Counted from the stretch's first letter, positions 1 to 9,231 are shown. The stretch: DNA of 64,000 nt from an uncultured Actinomycetota bacterium (GCA_963842265.1 CAWJGE010000010.1:114673-178672), one strand, 5' to 3'. The notes: a model not told the origin generated them from the sequence alone. Numbers and translations are program-made.

Positions 1-873
1 GTAGACCAGCCCCGAGGCGGAGTTGGCCTGCAACTTGGCCGGAGACACCACTCCCTGCAGGCCCACCTGCGGGAGGACGTACATGACGACGAGCAGCGCG
101 ACCGCCCAGAGGGCGGCCCGGCCCGGGTTGACCCGTCGGTGCTTTACTTCCTCGTTGACGTAGACCGTGGCGTCCCAGCCGGAGAACATGAAGACCGCGA
201 TGAGCAGTCCCGACGCCAGGCTGCCTTTGCCGTTGATCCCGCTCAGGCTCAGCCAGCCCTTGGTGATCGGGTAGCTGCCGGGATGGTGGCCGAGCACGTA
301 CAGCAGGCCCCAGACCGAGACGCCGAGCAGGACCGCGTATTCGATCACCGCCAGGCCGACCTGGGTGCGCGCGGTGATGCGAATGCCGACCACCGCCACG
401 ATCAGCATGATGATGGTGACGGCGGTGCTGATGAAGATATTCGGCCAGGTGCTGTTGGCGCTGGCGCCGAAGATGGCCAGGACCGCGGGTGAGAGAACCA
501 CGACTACGGAGATCGTCCCGATAAGGCAGCCCGCAAGCATCAGCCAGCCCACCATGAAGCCCAGGTAGGGGCTGATGGCGCGGCCGACCCACTCGAACGA
601 AGCGCCGCAGTTGGCGTTCCACAGGTTAAGCCGGCGATAGCAGTTGGCGATGATCAGCATCGGGACCGCGCACAAGATGACGACCGCCCCGCCGCCGTAG
701 GCGGCCGTCACCGCCAGCGTGGCCAGCGTCGCCGCCATCGTGGCCGCGGGCGCGGACGAGGCCAGCCCGATGATCGTGTCCTGGGCGACACCGATCGCGT
801 CGGGCTCGAGCCGGGCCGGGATCTCGGGGACCTGCAAAGGTCCTGCGACGGTAGTTACCGGTTGATCCGTCAT
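1..873 (-). CDS. APC-family amino acid permease (C-terminal part lies outside the window)
   Basis: Minus-strand ATG at 871-873. My translation (MTDQPVTTVAGPLQVPEIPARLEPDAIGVAQDTIIGLASSAPAATMAATLA...) is hydrophobic and clearly paralogous to the permease at 3678-5171 (shared ...PMLxIAxxYxRLNxW...GAxxxWVGRA...GFxxGW...). Confidence 0.8.
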   Translation of the reverse strand, partial: MTDQPVTTVAGPLQVPEIPARLEPDAIGVAQDTIIGLASSAPAATMAATLATLAVTAAYGGGAVVILCAVPMLIIANCYRRLNLWNANCGASFEWVGRAISPYLGFMVGWLMLAGCLIGTISVVVVLSPAVLAIFGASANSTWPNIFISTAVTIIMLIVAVVGIRITARTQVGLAVIEYAVLLGVSVWGLLYVLGHHPGSYPITKGWLSLSGINGKGSLASGLLIAVFMFSGWDATVYVNEEVKHRRVNPGRAALWAVALLVVMYVLPQVGLQGVVSPAKLQANSASGLVY

Positions 874-1113
874 CTGTGCTCCTGTCGTGTCGGCCCGCCT
901 GCGCCGTTTTCTGGGCTCAAGCCAGTAACGGGGGCCAACAGCCTCCCCTGTGGGCTCATCTCGCATAGTTGGCACACAGCCGCGCTGAGCGTACTGCGAA
1001 ACCGCAGACCATAGTGCCAGAAGCTGGGCCGCATTGGGGCAAAGGTGACTATTTTCCAGTTTGACCTGGGCCTGGCCGATCGGGTCCCGGTCCCGTGAAT
1101 CCGAAAGCGCTAT

Positions 1114-1130
1114 TGAACATACAGAGTATG
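1114..1130. promoter_or_regulatory. Operator-like motif TGAACATACAGAGTATG (candidate GntR/HutC box)
   Basis: Contains palindrome CATAC-N3-GTATG just upstream of the aminotransferase start. A near-identical 17-mer recurs at 3579-3595. Confidence 0.45.
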
Positions 1131-1179
1131 CTGGGTATCGTCCTTGGGCGGCGCTGTTAACGAAAAGAGGGGAGCCGCC

Positions 1180-2571
1180 TTGAACAAGCGAACCCTGAAC
1201 GAGCGAGCCTTCGATGAGCGGGCGTTCGACGAGCGGTACCGGCTCTGGGCGCGGCGTTCTGGCGAGTTGTTCACCGAGGCCAGCCGGTACGTTCCCGGTG
1301 GCGCCGGCAGCAGCGCGCGTACGGTTAAGTTCGGCTGGAAGCCGTACCCCCCGTTCATGGCTGAGGGTCTGGGATCCCGGTTGCGCGATGTCGACGGGCA
1401 TGAGTACGTCGACTACCTGCTGGGCCTGGGCCCGATGATCCTGGGCCACCGGCACCCGGCCGTGACCGAGGCCGTCACCAGGGCCGTCAGCGAGCTGGGC
1501 ACCTGCTTCGGCCTGCCCTACGAGCTGGAGATCGAGGCGGCCCGCAAGGTCACCGAGGCGGTGCCGGGGGTGGACCTGGTCCGGTTCTCCAACTCCGGCA
1601 GCGAGGTGGTCGGCACGGCCGTCCGGCTGGCCCGTGCGCACACCGGCCGCCGGCTGATCATCCGCTTCGAGGGGCATTACCACGGCTGGCAGGACACCGT
1701 CTACTGGAGCAACCACGTGGACCCGGAGCTGGCCGGACCGGCCAGCATGCCCCGCCCGGTCCCGTCCGGTCCCGGTGTCCCGGCCGAGCTCGAGGCCACG
1801 CTGATCGTGCTGACCTGGAACGACCCCGACAGCTTCGTCAAGGTGATGCAGGAGCGCGGCGACGAGGTGGCCGCGGTGATCACCGAGCCCGCGGTGTTCA
1901 ACACCGGTTGTATCCTGCCCGAGCCCGGCTACCTGGAGCTGCTGCGCGAACAGACTAAGCGGCACGGCGCGCTGCTCATCTTCGACGAGGTCATCACCGG
2001 CTTCCGGTTCGCGCGCGGCGGCGCGCAGGAGTACTTCGGGGTCACGCCGGACCTGACCACGATGGCCAAAGGGCTGGGCGGCGGCTTCCCCGTAGCGGCC
2101 ATCGGCGGGTCCCGCGAAGCCATGTCGATGATCGCGGAGGGCCGCTATTCGCACTCGGGGACCTACAACGCCAACACCATCGCGTGCGCGGCCGTCAGCG
2201 CGACCATGGACGTGCTGGCCGAACCCGGCCTGTACGAGCGGCAGCGTGAGCTGGGCGAGACGCTGATGAGCGGGCTGCGCAAGCTGGCCGCCGAGGCAGG
2301 CCTGCCGGTCATCGTGGAGGGGCTGGGCACGGTCTTCCAGGTCTGGTTCAGCGAGCGGCCGATCAGGAACTGGCGGGACGCGCAGCGTTACGCCGACGAG
2401 GAGCTGTTCACCCGGTGGTGGCAGGAGATGCTGCTGCGGGGCGTCTTGTTCCACCCCAGCCAGTACGAGAACCTGTTCCTCTCGCTGGTGCATACCGCCG
2501 AAGACGTCAACGAGATGCTCAGCGCCGCTCGGGAGGCATTCGCCGTTATCGGGCGTCGGCGACTAGGGTGA
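1180..2571 (+). CDS. Class-III PLP aminotransferase (glutamate-1-semialdehyde aminomutase-like)
   Basis: ORF 1144-2571. Motifs SGSEVVGTAVRLARAHTGR, FDEVITGFR, TMAKGLGGGFP. I prefer the TTG at 1180, which follows an AGAGGGGA Shine-Dalgarno-like run; the track start is 1144. Confidence 0.85.
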   Translation: MNKRTLNERAFDERAFDERYRLWARRSGELFTEASRYVPGGAGSSARTVKFGWKPYPPFMAEGLGSRLRDVDGHEYVDYLLGLGPMILGHRHPAVTEAVTRAVSELGTCFGLPYELEIEAARKVTEAVPGVDLVRFSNSGSEVVGTAVRLARAHTGRRLIIRFEGHYHGWQDTVYWSNHVDPELAGPASMPRPVPSGPGVPAELEATLIVLTWNDPDSFVKVMQERGDEVAAVITEPAVFNTGCILPEPGYLELLREQTKRHGALLIFDEVITGFRFARGGAQEYFGVTPDLTTMAKGLGGGFPVAAIGGSREAMSMIAEGRYSHSGTYNANTIACAAVSATMDVLAEPGLYERQRELGETLMSGLRKLAAEAGLPVIVEGLGTVFQVWFSERPIRNWRDAQRYADEELFTRWWQEMLLRGVLFHPSQYENLFLSLVHTAEDVNEMLSAAREAFAVIGRRRLG

Positions 2572-2577
2572 AGCGCC

Positions 2578-3480
2578 ATGGTCCTGGATCTCGGTGGCAA
2601 CCAGGCCCGGTCGGCGACCCCAGGCCGGCCCGGTTCCCAGCTGCTGTATGAGCAGGTCGTGGCCTACGTCGAGGAGCTGGTGGCCGAAGGCGGCCTGATG
2701 CCAGGCGATCGGCTGCCCACCTACGCCGAGCTGGCGGCCAGCGTCGGGGTAAGCCTGATTACCGTCCGCCGGGCGCTGGACGAGCTCGAGCGGGCCGGCA
2801 AGGTCCGCCGCCATCAGGGCCTCGGAACGTTCCTGACCAGGCCCAGGATCGTCACCGAGCCCGGCCGGGCCGGCAGCCTGCTTGGCACGCTGAGGCAGGA
2901 CGAGGCCGACCCGCGGACCGACTCGATCGACACCCGGATCATGGAGATGCGCCGCGGCCTGCCCTCGCCCGACGTGGCGAGCGCGCTGCGGATCGGGCCG
3001 GACGCGCGGGTGTGGCAGCTGCGGCGGCAGCGGCTCATCGACGGCCAGCCCGCCGTGGTCGAAACCTCGATTATCCCGCTGGCGCTCGCCCCGGACCTGG
3101 ATCAGCTGGTCAGCCGGCTCGGCGGCTCGCTGTATAACCTGCTCGCCCGCGAATGCGGCCTGGAGGACGACTACGAGGAGCAGTACCTCGAGGTTATCGT
3201 CACGCCCGCCCTGGCGGAGCGGCGGCTGCTGAACATCGCGCCGCGGACCCCGGTCGTGCGGATCCGCGGGCTGAGCATGGACAAGTCGGGGACGCCGTTC
3301 GACTGCTTCGAGCAGCTCTACCGGGCTACGGAGTTCGCCTTCGCCATCTCTGGCAGCACGTCACGGCAGCTGTTCCCGACGCCGGGTTTTCAGGACTGGA
3401 GCGTGCGCGCGCTCTCGGACGTGCCGCCGCCTCACCCCGGCCGCCCGGCCCGGGCCAGGCGCGCACGGAGGTCACGTTAG
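2578..3480 (+). CDS. GntR/HutC-family transcriptional regulator (winged HTH + UTRA-like effector domain)
   Basis: N-terminal YVEELVAEGGLMPGDRLPTYAELAASVGVSLITVRRALDELERAGKVRRHQGLGTF is a typical GntR HTH. The C-terminal 200 aa is HutC/UTRA-like. Confidence 0.85.
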   Translation: MVLDLGGNQARSATPGRPGSQLLYEQVVAYVEELVAEGGLMPGDRLPTYAELAASVGVSLITVRRALDELERAGKVRRHQGLGTFLTRPRIVTEPGRAGSLLGTLRQDEADPRTDSIDTRIMEMRRGLPSPDVASALRIGPDARVWQLRRQRLIDGQPAVVETSIIPLALAPDLDQLVSRLGGSLYNLLARECGLEDDYEEQYLEVIVTPALAERRLLNIAPRTPVVRIRGLSMDKSGTPFDCFEQLYRATEFAFAISGSTSRQLFPTPGFQDWSVRALSDVPPPHPGRPARARRARRSR

Positions 3481-3578
3481 GGCCAACGGGTGGTTGAATT
3501 CCCGTTTTAGCTGGCTAAATCCAGATACTGTGACTTTATTGCGTCACCGTCGGCGATCCTCTAGGGTCGGACCCGTAC

Positions 3579-3595
3579 TGAACATACACAGTATG
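3579..3595. promoter_or_regulatory. Second copy of operator-like motif TGAACATACACAGTATG
   Basis: 16 of 17 nt identical to 1114-1130. Lies upstream of the permease/kinase genes. Confidence 0.45.
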
Positions 3596-3677
3596 TCTTT
3601 TGACCGAATAGACCGAATAGCCAGCACGTTGTCCTCCCAGCGCGGAGATGCCCTCCCGATCGAGACGGAGATGCGCC

Positions 3678-5171
3678 ATGTCATCGCGAGCCAGTAGTGG
3701 TTCTGCCCCGGCCGGGGCGCGGTCCCCTGATCAGGCGGGCGGCACCCTGAAGGATGCTGCCCTACGCATCGGCAACGTCGTCATCCTCTCCATGGCCAGC
3801 TCCGGACCGACGCAGAGCATTGCGGTCACGCTGGCCGTCCTGCTGGCCACCGTCGGCTACGCCAGCTTCCTGCCCATCGTGATCTGCCTCATCCCGATGC
3901 TCGGCATCGCCATCGGCTACCAGCGGCTCAACGCCTGGCAGCGCAGCGCCGGCGCGACCTACTCCTGGGTCGGGCGGGCCCTTGACCCGCACGTCGGGTT
4001 CTTCGGCGGCTGGATCATGCTGATGTACTACTGCGTCGGCACGACCAGCCTGACCGTCCCGCTCGGCACCTACATGCTGAGCTTCTTCAGTACCACGCTG
4101 CCCAACAACGTCTATGCGGTCGCCGCCGTCGGCACCGGGTTCGACCTCCTCGTCCTGGTCATCGCGGCGCTCGGGATCCAGCTGTCGGCCAGGTTCTCGT
4201 GGGGTTGGGCCATCTTCGAGTACGGCCTGCTGGTCGGCTTCTCCATCGCTGCCCTCGTCGGCATCTACGGCCACAGCCTGCACCACACGGTGCACATCTC
4301 CACCTCGTGGTTCACCATCAGCGGCGCGGGCGGGTTCAGCGCGCTGGTCTCCGGCTGCCTGCTGGCCATCTTCCTGTACTCCGGCTGGGACACCGCCGCC
4401 TACGTCAGCGAGGAGGCCCGGGGCAAGCAGGCCGGCCGGGCCGGGGTGGCCAGTGTGCTAATCCTGTTCGTCATCTACGCCGGCGTCATCTTGTGCCTGC
4501 AGGGCGTCGCGCCCAACAGCGCTATGCAGAACAACGCGGCCAACATCCTGGCCTACGTTGGCAACCTGATCGGCGGCGGCGGCTGGGAAAACGTCATGAT
4601 CGTCGCCGTGCTCGGCGGCACGCTCGCCTCCCTGCTGGCCGCCATCGTCAGCGCCGGGCGGATCTCCTACGCCATGGGCCGCGACCGCACCTTCCCGCGC
4701 TGGTTCGCGAACGTGAACCCCAAGTACCGCACCCCGTGGAACGCCACGATCCTGTTCGGCCTGCTTAACATCGTGTTCCTGTGGGGTACGACGCTGGCCG
4801 GCTCCATCGGCAAGGCCCTGTCTGACATCGTCAGCACGCTGGGCCTGATCGCGGCGATGTTCTACCTGCTCACCGCGAGCGCGGCGGTCTGGTACTACCG
4901 CCGGACCATCATGAGCAGCGCGTCGAACTTCTTCCTCGGAGGTTTCCTGCCCGGACTGGGTGCGGCGTTCATGCTGTTCGTGATCATCTACACGCTGGAG
5001 CAGGGCCTGCTCAACGGGGTCGAGCTCGCCTTCGGGTTCGGGCTCGCGGCGGTCGGCCTGGTGCTCTCGTTCGTATCCCAGTACGTCGGGAAGTCGACCT
5101 TCTTCTCCGACCCGACGACCAGTTACGGCGACCGGGTCGAGGAGGAACTCGCCGGGCCCCAGGATTCATGA
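3678..5171 (+). CDS. APC-family amino acid/polyamine permease
   Basis: ORF 3648-5171, about 12 predicted TM stretches, paralog of the gene at 1-873. The ATG at 3678 follows GGAG and is the likelier start. Confidence 0.85.
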   Translation: MSSRASSGSAPAGARSPDQAGGTLKDAALRIGNVVILSMASSGPTQSIAVTLAVLLATVGYASFLPIVICLIPMLGIAIGYQRLNAWQRSAGATYSWVGRALDPHVGFFGGWIMLMYYCVGTTSLTVPLGTYMLSFFSTTLPNNVYAVAAVGTGFDLLVLVIAALGIQLSARFSWGWAIFEYGLLVGFSIAALVGIYGHSLHHTVHISTSWFTISGAGGFSALVSGCLLAIFLYSGWDTAAYVSEEARGKQAGRAGVASVLILFVIYAGVILCLQGVAPNSAMQNNAANILAYVGNLIGGGGWENVMIVAVLGGTLASLLAAIVSAGRISYAMGRDRTFPRWFANVNPKYRTPWNATILFGLLNIVFLWGTTLAGSIGKALSDIVSTLGLIAAMFYLLTASAAVWYYRRTIMSSASNFFLGGFLPGLGAAFMLFVIIYTLEQGLLNGVELAFGFGLAAVGLVLSFVSQYVGKSTFFSDPTTSYGDRVEEELAGPQDS

Positions 5172-6685
5172 GCCCGGGCGGCCTGGACCAGGGCGCCGCG
5201 CGGGACGTCTACATCGGGCTCGACCTCGGCACGTCCGGGCTCAAGGCGGTGGCGCTGGACTCCTCGGGCACGATCCTGGCCCGGGGCGGCGCGGCCTACC
5301 CCACGCACCGGCCCGCCGCCGGCGCGTGCGAACAGCACACCGCCGACTGGCAGCGCGCGGTGGAACAGGTGGTGGCGCAGCTCGGCGAGGTGGTCCCGGC
5401 CCGGCGCTGGCGGGCCATCGGCCTGTCGGGCATGATTCCCACGCTCGTCACCCTCGGCCCGGACGGTCGGCCGAACGGTCCCGCGATCACCTGGCAGGAC
5501 TGCCGGGCCGACGACCTGGGCGACGAGTTCCGCGAGCGGTGCGGCCCCGCCGAGCTGTACCGGCTGACCGGCCAGTGGGTGGATGGCCGGTACCTGCTGC
5601 CGATGTTCGGCCGGATCGCCGGGATCGATCCCGCCCGCGCGGCCGCCACGGTGACCATTGCCTCGGCCAAGGACTACCTGTTCGCCTGGCTGACCGGTGA
5701 GCTGGCCACCGACCCGAGCACCGCCGCCGGCTACGGTTGCTACGGACTCCAGGCCGGCCGCTGGAGCGCCGAGGTCCTGGCCACGGCCGGAGTCGGCGCA
5801 GCGGGGCCGGGGCTGCCGGCCGTGTGGCCGTCGACCGCCAGCGCGCCGCTGCGGCCAGAGGCGGCGGCCCGGCTGGGCTGCTCCCCGATCCCGGTCGTCC
5901 TGGGCGCGGCCGACTCCGTGCTCGGCGCGCTCGGGCTGGGGGTCCGCGAGCCGGGGCAGGTGGCGTACATCGCCGGCACCAGCAACGTCATTCTGGGTAT
6001 CGCTGGCCGGCTCGTCCTTGACCCGGCGCACAGGTTCCTCGTCACGCCGCTGGCCGAACCCGGCCGATGGGGCGTCGAGATGGACCTGCTCGCCACCGGC
6101 AGCGCGATCACCTGGCTGGCCGGCCTGCTTGGCGGTGACCTGACCGCGGCCGGACTGGTCGAGCTCGCCGCGAGGACCGACCCCGCGCAGGCCCCCGTCC
6201 TGCTTCCCTACCTGAGTCCCGGCGAACAGGGCGCGCTGTGGGACCCTTCGCTGCGCGGCGCCGTCGTCGGCCTCGACCTCAGCCACGGCCGGGAGCATCT
6301 GGCCCGCGGGCTGGTCAACGGCATCATCCTGGAGAGCCGCCGCTGCCTGGCCGTGCTGGAGGAGACCGGCGGGTTCGGCCGCGCCGTCGAGGTGGCCGGC
6401 GGCAGCGCCGCCGACCCGTCCTTCCGGGCCGACCTGGCCGACGCCACCCGCCGGCTGGTCTCCCTGCCGCGCGACGACGACACCGACCACTCCGCCCGCG
6501 GCGCGGCGCTCATCGCGGCGCTGGGCGTCGACGGCGGCTGGCCGGACGGCGCGTTCCCGGCGGCCGCCGTGGCCGCCGAGCCCGACGACACCCGCGCCAA
6601 GCTGTGGGACGAGCTGTGGGACACCCACGAGGCGGTCCGCCGCCAGCTCCATCCACCTACCAATCCAGATACCAGCGAGCCGTAG
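5168..6685 (+). CDS. FGGY-family carbohydrate kinase (xylulokinase-like)
   Basis: N-terminal YIGLDLGTSGLKAV motif, about 500 aa. ATGA start/stop overlap with the permease gene. Confidence 0.85.
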   Translation: MSPGGLDQGAARDVYIGLDLGTSGLKAVALDSSGTILARGGAAYPTHRPAAGACEQHTADWQRAVEQVVAQLGEVVPARRWRAIGLSGMIPTLVTLGPDGRPNGPAITWQDCRADDLGDEFRERCGPAELYRLTGQWVDGRYLLPMFGRIAGIDPARAAATVTIASAKDYLFAWLTGELATDPSTAAGYGCYGLQAGRWSAEVLATAGVGAAGPGLPAVWPSTASAPLRPEAAARLGCSPIPVVLGAADSVLGALGLGVREPGQVAYIAGTSNVILGIAGRLVLDPAHRFLVTPLAEPGRWGVEMDLLATGSAITWLAGLLGGDLTAAGLVELAARTDPAQAPVLLPYLSPGEQGALWDPSLRGAVVGLDLSHGREHLARGLVNGIILESRRCLAVLEETGGFGRAVEVAGGSAADPSFRADLADATRRLVSLPRDDDTDHSARGAALIAALGVDGGWPDGAFPAAAVAAEPDDTRAKLWDELWDTHEAVRRQLHPPTNPDTSEP

Positions 6686-6717
6686 CCCCGCCGTAGTTGA
6701 TGGCAGCGCAACTCCCG

Positions 6718-6746
6718 GCTAACGTTAGCGTTGACGAACGTTAGCT
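6718..6746. promoter_or_regulatory. Palindrome GCTAACGTTAGC plus repeated AACGTTAGCT (candidate ArsR operator overlapping a TTGACG -35-like hexamer)
   Basis: Perfect 12-bp palindrome at 6718-6729. The half-site repeats at 6737-6746. TTGACG lies at 6731-6736 and AAGGAG at 6750-6755. Confidence 0.45.
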
Positions 6747-6761
6747 GATAAGGAGCGAGCC

Positions 6762-6892
6762 GGGAATGAGCCCGGGAATGAGCCCGGGAATGAGCCCGGG
6801 AATGAGCCCGGGAATGAGCCCGGGAATGAGCCCGGAATGAGCCCGGGAATGAGCCCGGAAATGAGCCCGGAAATGAGCCCGGAAATGAGCAG
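6762..6892 (+). repeat. 12-bp tandem repeat (GGGAATGAGCCC / GGAAATGAGCCC), about 11 units, each carrying an ATG
   Basis: ATGs at 6766, 6778, 6790, 6802, 6814, 6826, then 6837 (11-nt unit), 6849, 6861, 6873 and 6885, read directly from the sequence. Confidence 0.95.
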
Positions 6893-7286
6893 GGCCATGG
6901 GCCGTGACCGGCCCGCGCGTCTGGCCGAGCCGGATGCACAGCGGGAGGCCGACACCGACGAGGCGCTCCGCGCGCTGGCCGAGCCCCGCCGCCGTGCCAT
7001 CTTGGAGCTCGTGGCCCACTCGGAGCTCTCGGCAGGCGAGATCGCCGGCTGCTTCGACGTAACCAGGACCGCCGTGAGCCAGCATCTGACCGTACTCAAG
7101 AACGCAGGTCTTTTGACCGAACGGAGGCAGGCTACGCGCCGTCTTTACCGTGCTCGCCCGGAAGGGCTGGCCGGATTGCGCGAGTTCCTCGACCAGATGT
7201 GGGCGTCCTCCCTGGAGGTCGCCCGCGACCTGGTGGAAGCCGATCGCGGGGCGGCCGGTGTCGGCCAGGCCCCGGCCGCGGGCTGA
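6837..7286 (+). CDS. ArsR/SmtB-family transcriptional regulator with repeat-encoded N-terminus (MSPGMSPEMSPEMSPEMS)
   Basis: LRALAEPRRRAILELVAHSELSAGEIAGCFDVTRTAVSQHLTVLKNAGLL is a canonical ArsR HTH. Confidence 0.85.
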   Translation: MSPGMSPEMSPEMSPEMSRAMGRDRPARLAEPDAQREADTDEALRALAEPRRRAILELVAHSELSAGEIAGCFDVTRTAVSQHLTVLKNAGLLTERRQATRRLYRARPEGLAGLREFLDQMWASSLEVARDLVEADRGAAGVGQAPAAG

Positions 7287-7467
7287 CCGGCCGCCAGTGA
7301 TGAACGGGGCCATGAGCACGAACCGACACGACGGGAGCAGGCTGGCATGACCCACGATGGCGAGGCTCCGGCCTCGGGTACGGTCACGGCGCTGCGGCGG
7401 CGGCCGGTGCGGCAGTCGATCGTGGTCCGCAGACCCAACTCCCGTCCCCTGACGTGCCACGCTCCGG

Positions 7468-8490
7468 GTGAACATCCCTTGCGCCGCCCCCGCTGACCTG
7501 GCCACGATGTCTGGGAGCGGCGGTCGGCCAGGGACCGCCACGAGACCGCGTGACCGGAGGGTGGTGACGGTGATCTGGACGGGTGAGCGCAACCGGCAGC
7601 AGGGACGCCTGGTGGCCGAGATGTACCGGGCCGCCGCCGGGGTGCCGTGCGAGCGCAGCGCGGCCATCGCGGGCGGCCTGCCCGGCGCGGACAAGGCCGC
7701 CGCCCTCGACCAGGCCGGCCTGGACAGATCCCAGTATCTCACCGTCAGCATCGACGCGGTCCTGGACCGGATGGCCGCGGCCGACCTCATCCCTGAGGTC
7801 GACGGGCTCTCCCCGCTCGAGCGGGCCGGCCTCGTTCACGCGGAGGCCCAGTACCTGGCCAAGCGAGTCGGGCTGCGGGCTCTGATGGACGGCAGGAACC
7901 TGATCCTGGACGTCTCGCTGGCCTCCTGGCGCGCCGCCGAGGCCTGGACGTACGCGCTGCGGTTCGCGGACTACGCGGTGACCGCGGTGTTCGCCGACAT
8001 CGGCGTCGAGGAGGCGGTGCGCCGGTCCGGCGAGGCCCACCAGTGCGGGGAGGAAGCATTCCGCCGCGGGCACGGCCACGGCGGCCGGCGCATCCCGGCC
8101 GCGGCCATCAGGGCGCTGGCCAGTCCGGCCGCGGCCGCGCCCAGGAACCGTATCCGGTGGGCGGTCGGCGCGCGGTCCGCCGGGGCCATCGGCGGCACGG
8201 TGGGGACCGGGAGCTTTCCCGGCAGCGCCGTGACCGCGATGCTCGTCTCCTACCGGGACGGGCGGCTCAGCCTGGACGATCTGTCCCTGGAGTTCCGCGC
8301 CCGCCGCTGGCCGCAGGTCCCGGACGTCTGCCCGCCGGAACTCGAGCAGGCCAGGGAGGCTATCGACGACCCCGAGCCCTATGTCCCCGGCTCGTTCGAC
8401 GATGTCGTGCTCGGCTACGATCTCGGCTGGCTGTCCGACGCCGACTACGACGTCCTGGCGACCGCGGCCGACGGCTTGCCCGACGCCTGA
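7468..8490 (+). CDS. Hypothetical protein, zeta-toxin / P-loop-kinase-like with degenerate Walker A (tentative)
   Basis: AIAGGLPGADKAAAL sits where zeta-type kinases have GxPGxGK[ST]. The downstream layout (NLILDVSL..., FADIGVEEAVRR...) resembles that fold. Similarity was judged by eye only, and the start is uncertain. Confidence 0.35.
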   Translation: MNIPCAAPADLATMSGSGGRPGTATRPRDRRVVTVIWTGERNRQQGRLVAEMYRAAAGVPCERSAAIAGGLPGADKAAALDQAGLDRSQYLTVSIDAVLDRMAAADLIPEVDGLSPLERAGLVHAEAQYLAKRVGLRALMDGRNLILDVSLASWRAAEAWTYALRFADYAVTAVFADIGVEEAVRRSGEAHQCGEEAFRRGHGHGGRRIPAAAIRALASPAAAAPRNRIRWAVGARSAGAIGGTVGTGSFPGSAVTAMLVSYRDGRLSLDDLSLEFRARRWPQVPDVCPPELEQAREAIDDPEPYVPGSFDDVVLGYDLGWLSDADYDVLATAADGLPDA

Positions 8491-8511
8491 GCGGGACCGG
8501 CTGTAGACGGG

Positions 8512-8550
8512 GGAGCGGGGTGCCGGTGACAGGGCGCGGCACCCCGCTCC
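8512..8550. terminator. GC-rich hairpin (14-bp perfect stem, 11-nt loop) between convergent genes
   Basis: GGAGCGGGGTGCCG at 8512-8525 pairs with CGGCACCCCGCTCC at 8537-8550. Confidence 0.5.
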
Positions 8551-8613
8551 TATGAGGCAGGCGCCTGCGGGGCAAACGCCGCACCGCGCACCCGCCTATG
8601 GCCCCGTTCTGGT

Positions 8614-9231
8614 TCAACGATGACTTAACCGCCCAAATCGGGTCAACTCGTTTTCCTGTGCGTTGCTGGCCGCCCACCGGGTGAAGGTGGCGAAGACATC
8701 GATCGCGGTCTGCCGGGCGAGTTGCCTGCCCTGCCTGCCGCTGACATACAGGTCGGCGAGCCGGCCTAGCTCCCGCCACATCGGCTGGGTGCGGTCGCCG
8801 TGCCCGTCGAGGAACCTGACCGGCACCGGACCGAGGCGGGCTTCGATGCGACGTCGCAGCACCCGGCCGCCCAGGGTAGCTCCTTCGGTGACGTACAGGG
8901 TTCCCCAGACGGCATCTGGGCCGGCCAGCGCGGGCAACCCGGCAGCTTCGGGCAGTGAAGTACCGGACACGCCAAGATCGGCGAGATCCGCGGCCAGCGC
9001 ACCCAGCCGCTGTCGCGCCGGCCAGCCGACCGATGACGGCAGCTCCTGGTCATTCAGCAACCGCTCCAGGGGTGCTTGAAAACCCCACAGGACACGCAGC
9101 AGCGCCGCGTACCGGGCGAGGCTGTCCGGCTGCGCCAGCGGGGCCAGGCTCGCCTCGGCTTGGGCGTGCGCCTCCTGGGTGGATTCCCGTAGCTGCGTCC
9201 AGAGGAGCCCGCGCCGCGGTCGCTGCGTCAC
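8614..9231 (-). CDS. bphO: Heme oxygenase (biliverdin-producing, BphO-type)
   Basis: LRESTQEAHAQAE..., YVTEGATLGG motif. Lies divergently next to a bacteriophytochrome gene. Confidence 0.8.
   Translation of the reverse strand: MTQRPRRGLLWTQLRESTQEAHAQAEASLAPLAQPDSLARYAALLRVLWGFQAPLERLLNDQELPSSVGWPARQRLGALAADLADLGVSGTSLPEAAGLPALAGPDAVWGTLYVTEGATLGGRVLRRRIEARLGPVPVRFLDGHGDRTQPMWRELGRLADLYVSGRQGRQLARQTAIDVFATFTRWAASNAQENELTRFGRLSHR

Noticed and set aside
5123-6652. Long antisense ORFs opposite real genes (for example 5123-6652, 18337-19683, 33930-35096, 37624-39699, 41096-42454, 47928-50033, 53166-56018), some over 600 aa.
   Set aside because: Their translations are Arg/Pro/Gly/Ala-rich low-complexity strings with no motifs. 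Each mirrors a gene with clear family motifs on the other strand. This is the expected stop-codon-poor artefact of very GC-rich DNA.
6762-6892. The tandem repeat arrays as CRISPR arrays.
   Set aside because: The units are head-to-tail with no unique spacers and are only 12-38 bp long. No cas genes are present.
6208-7790. Minus-strand repeat proteins (FPGS/HSRA and GLIP repeats) in ORFs 6208-6939 and 6741-7790.
   Set aside because: They are just the reverse-strand reading of the 12-bp repeat. They are embedded in antisense artefact ORFs overlapping the FGGY kinase and ArsR genes.
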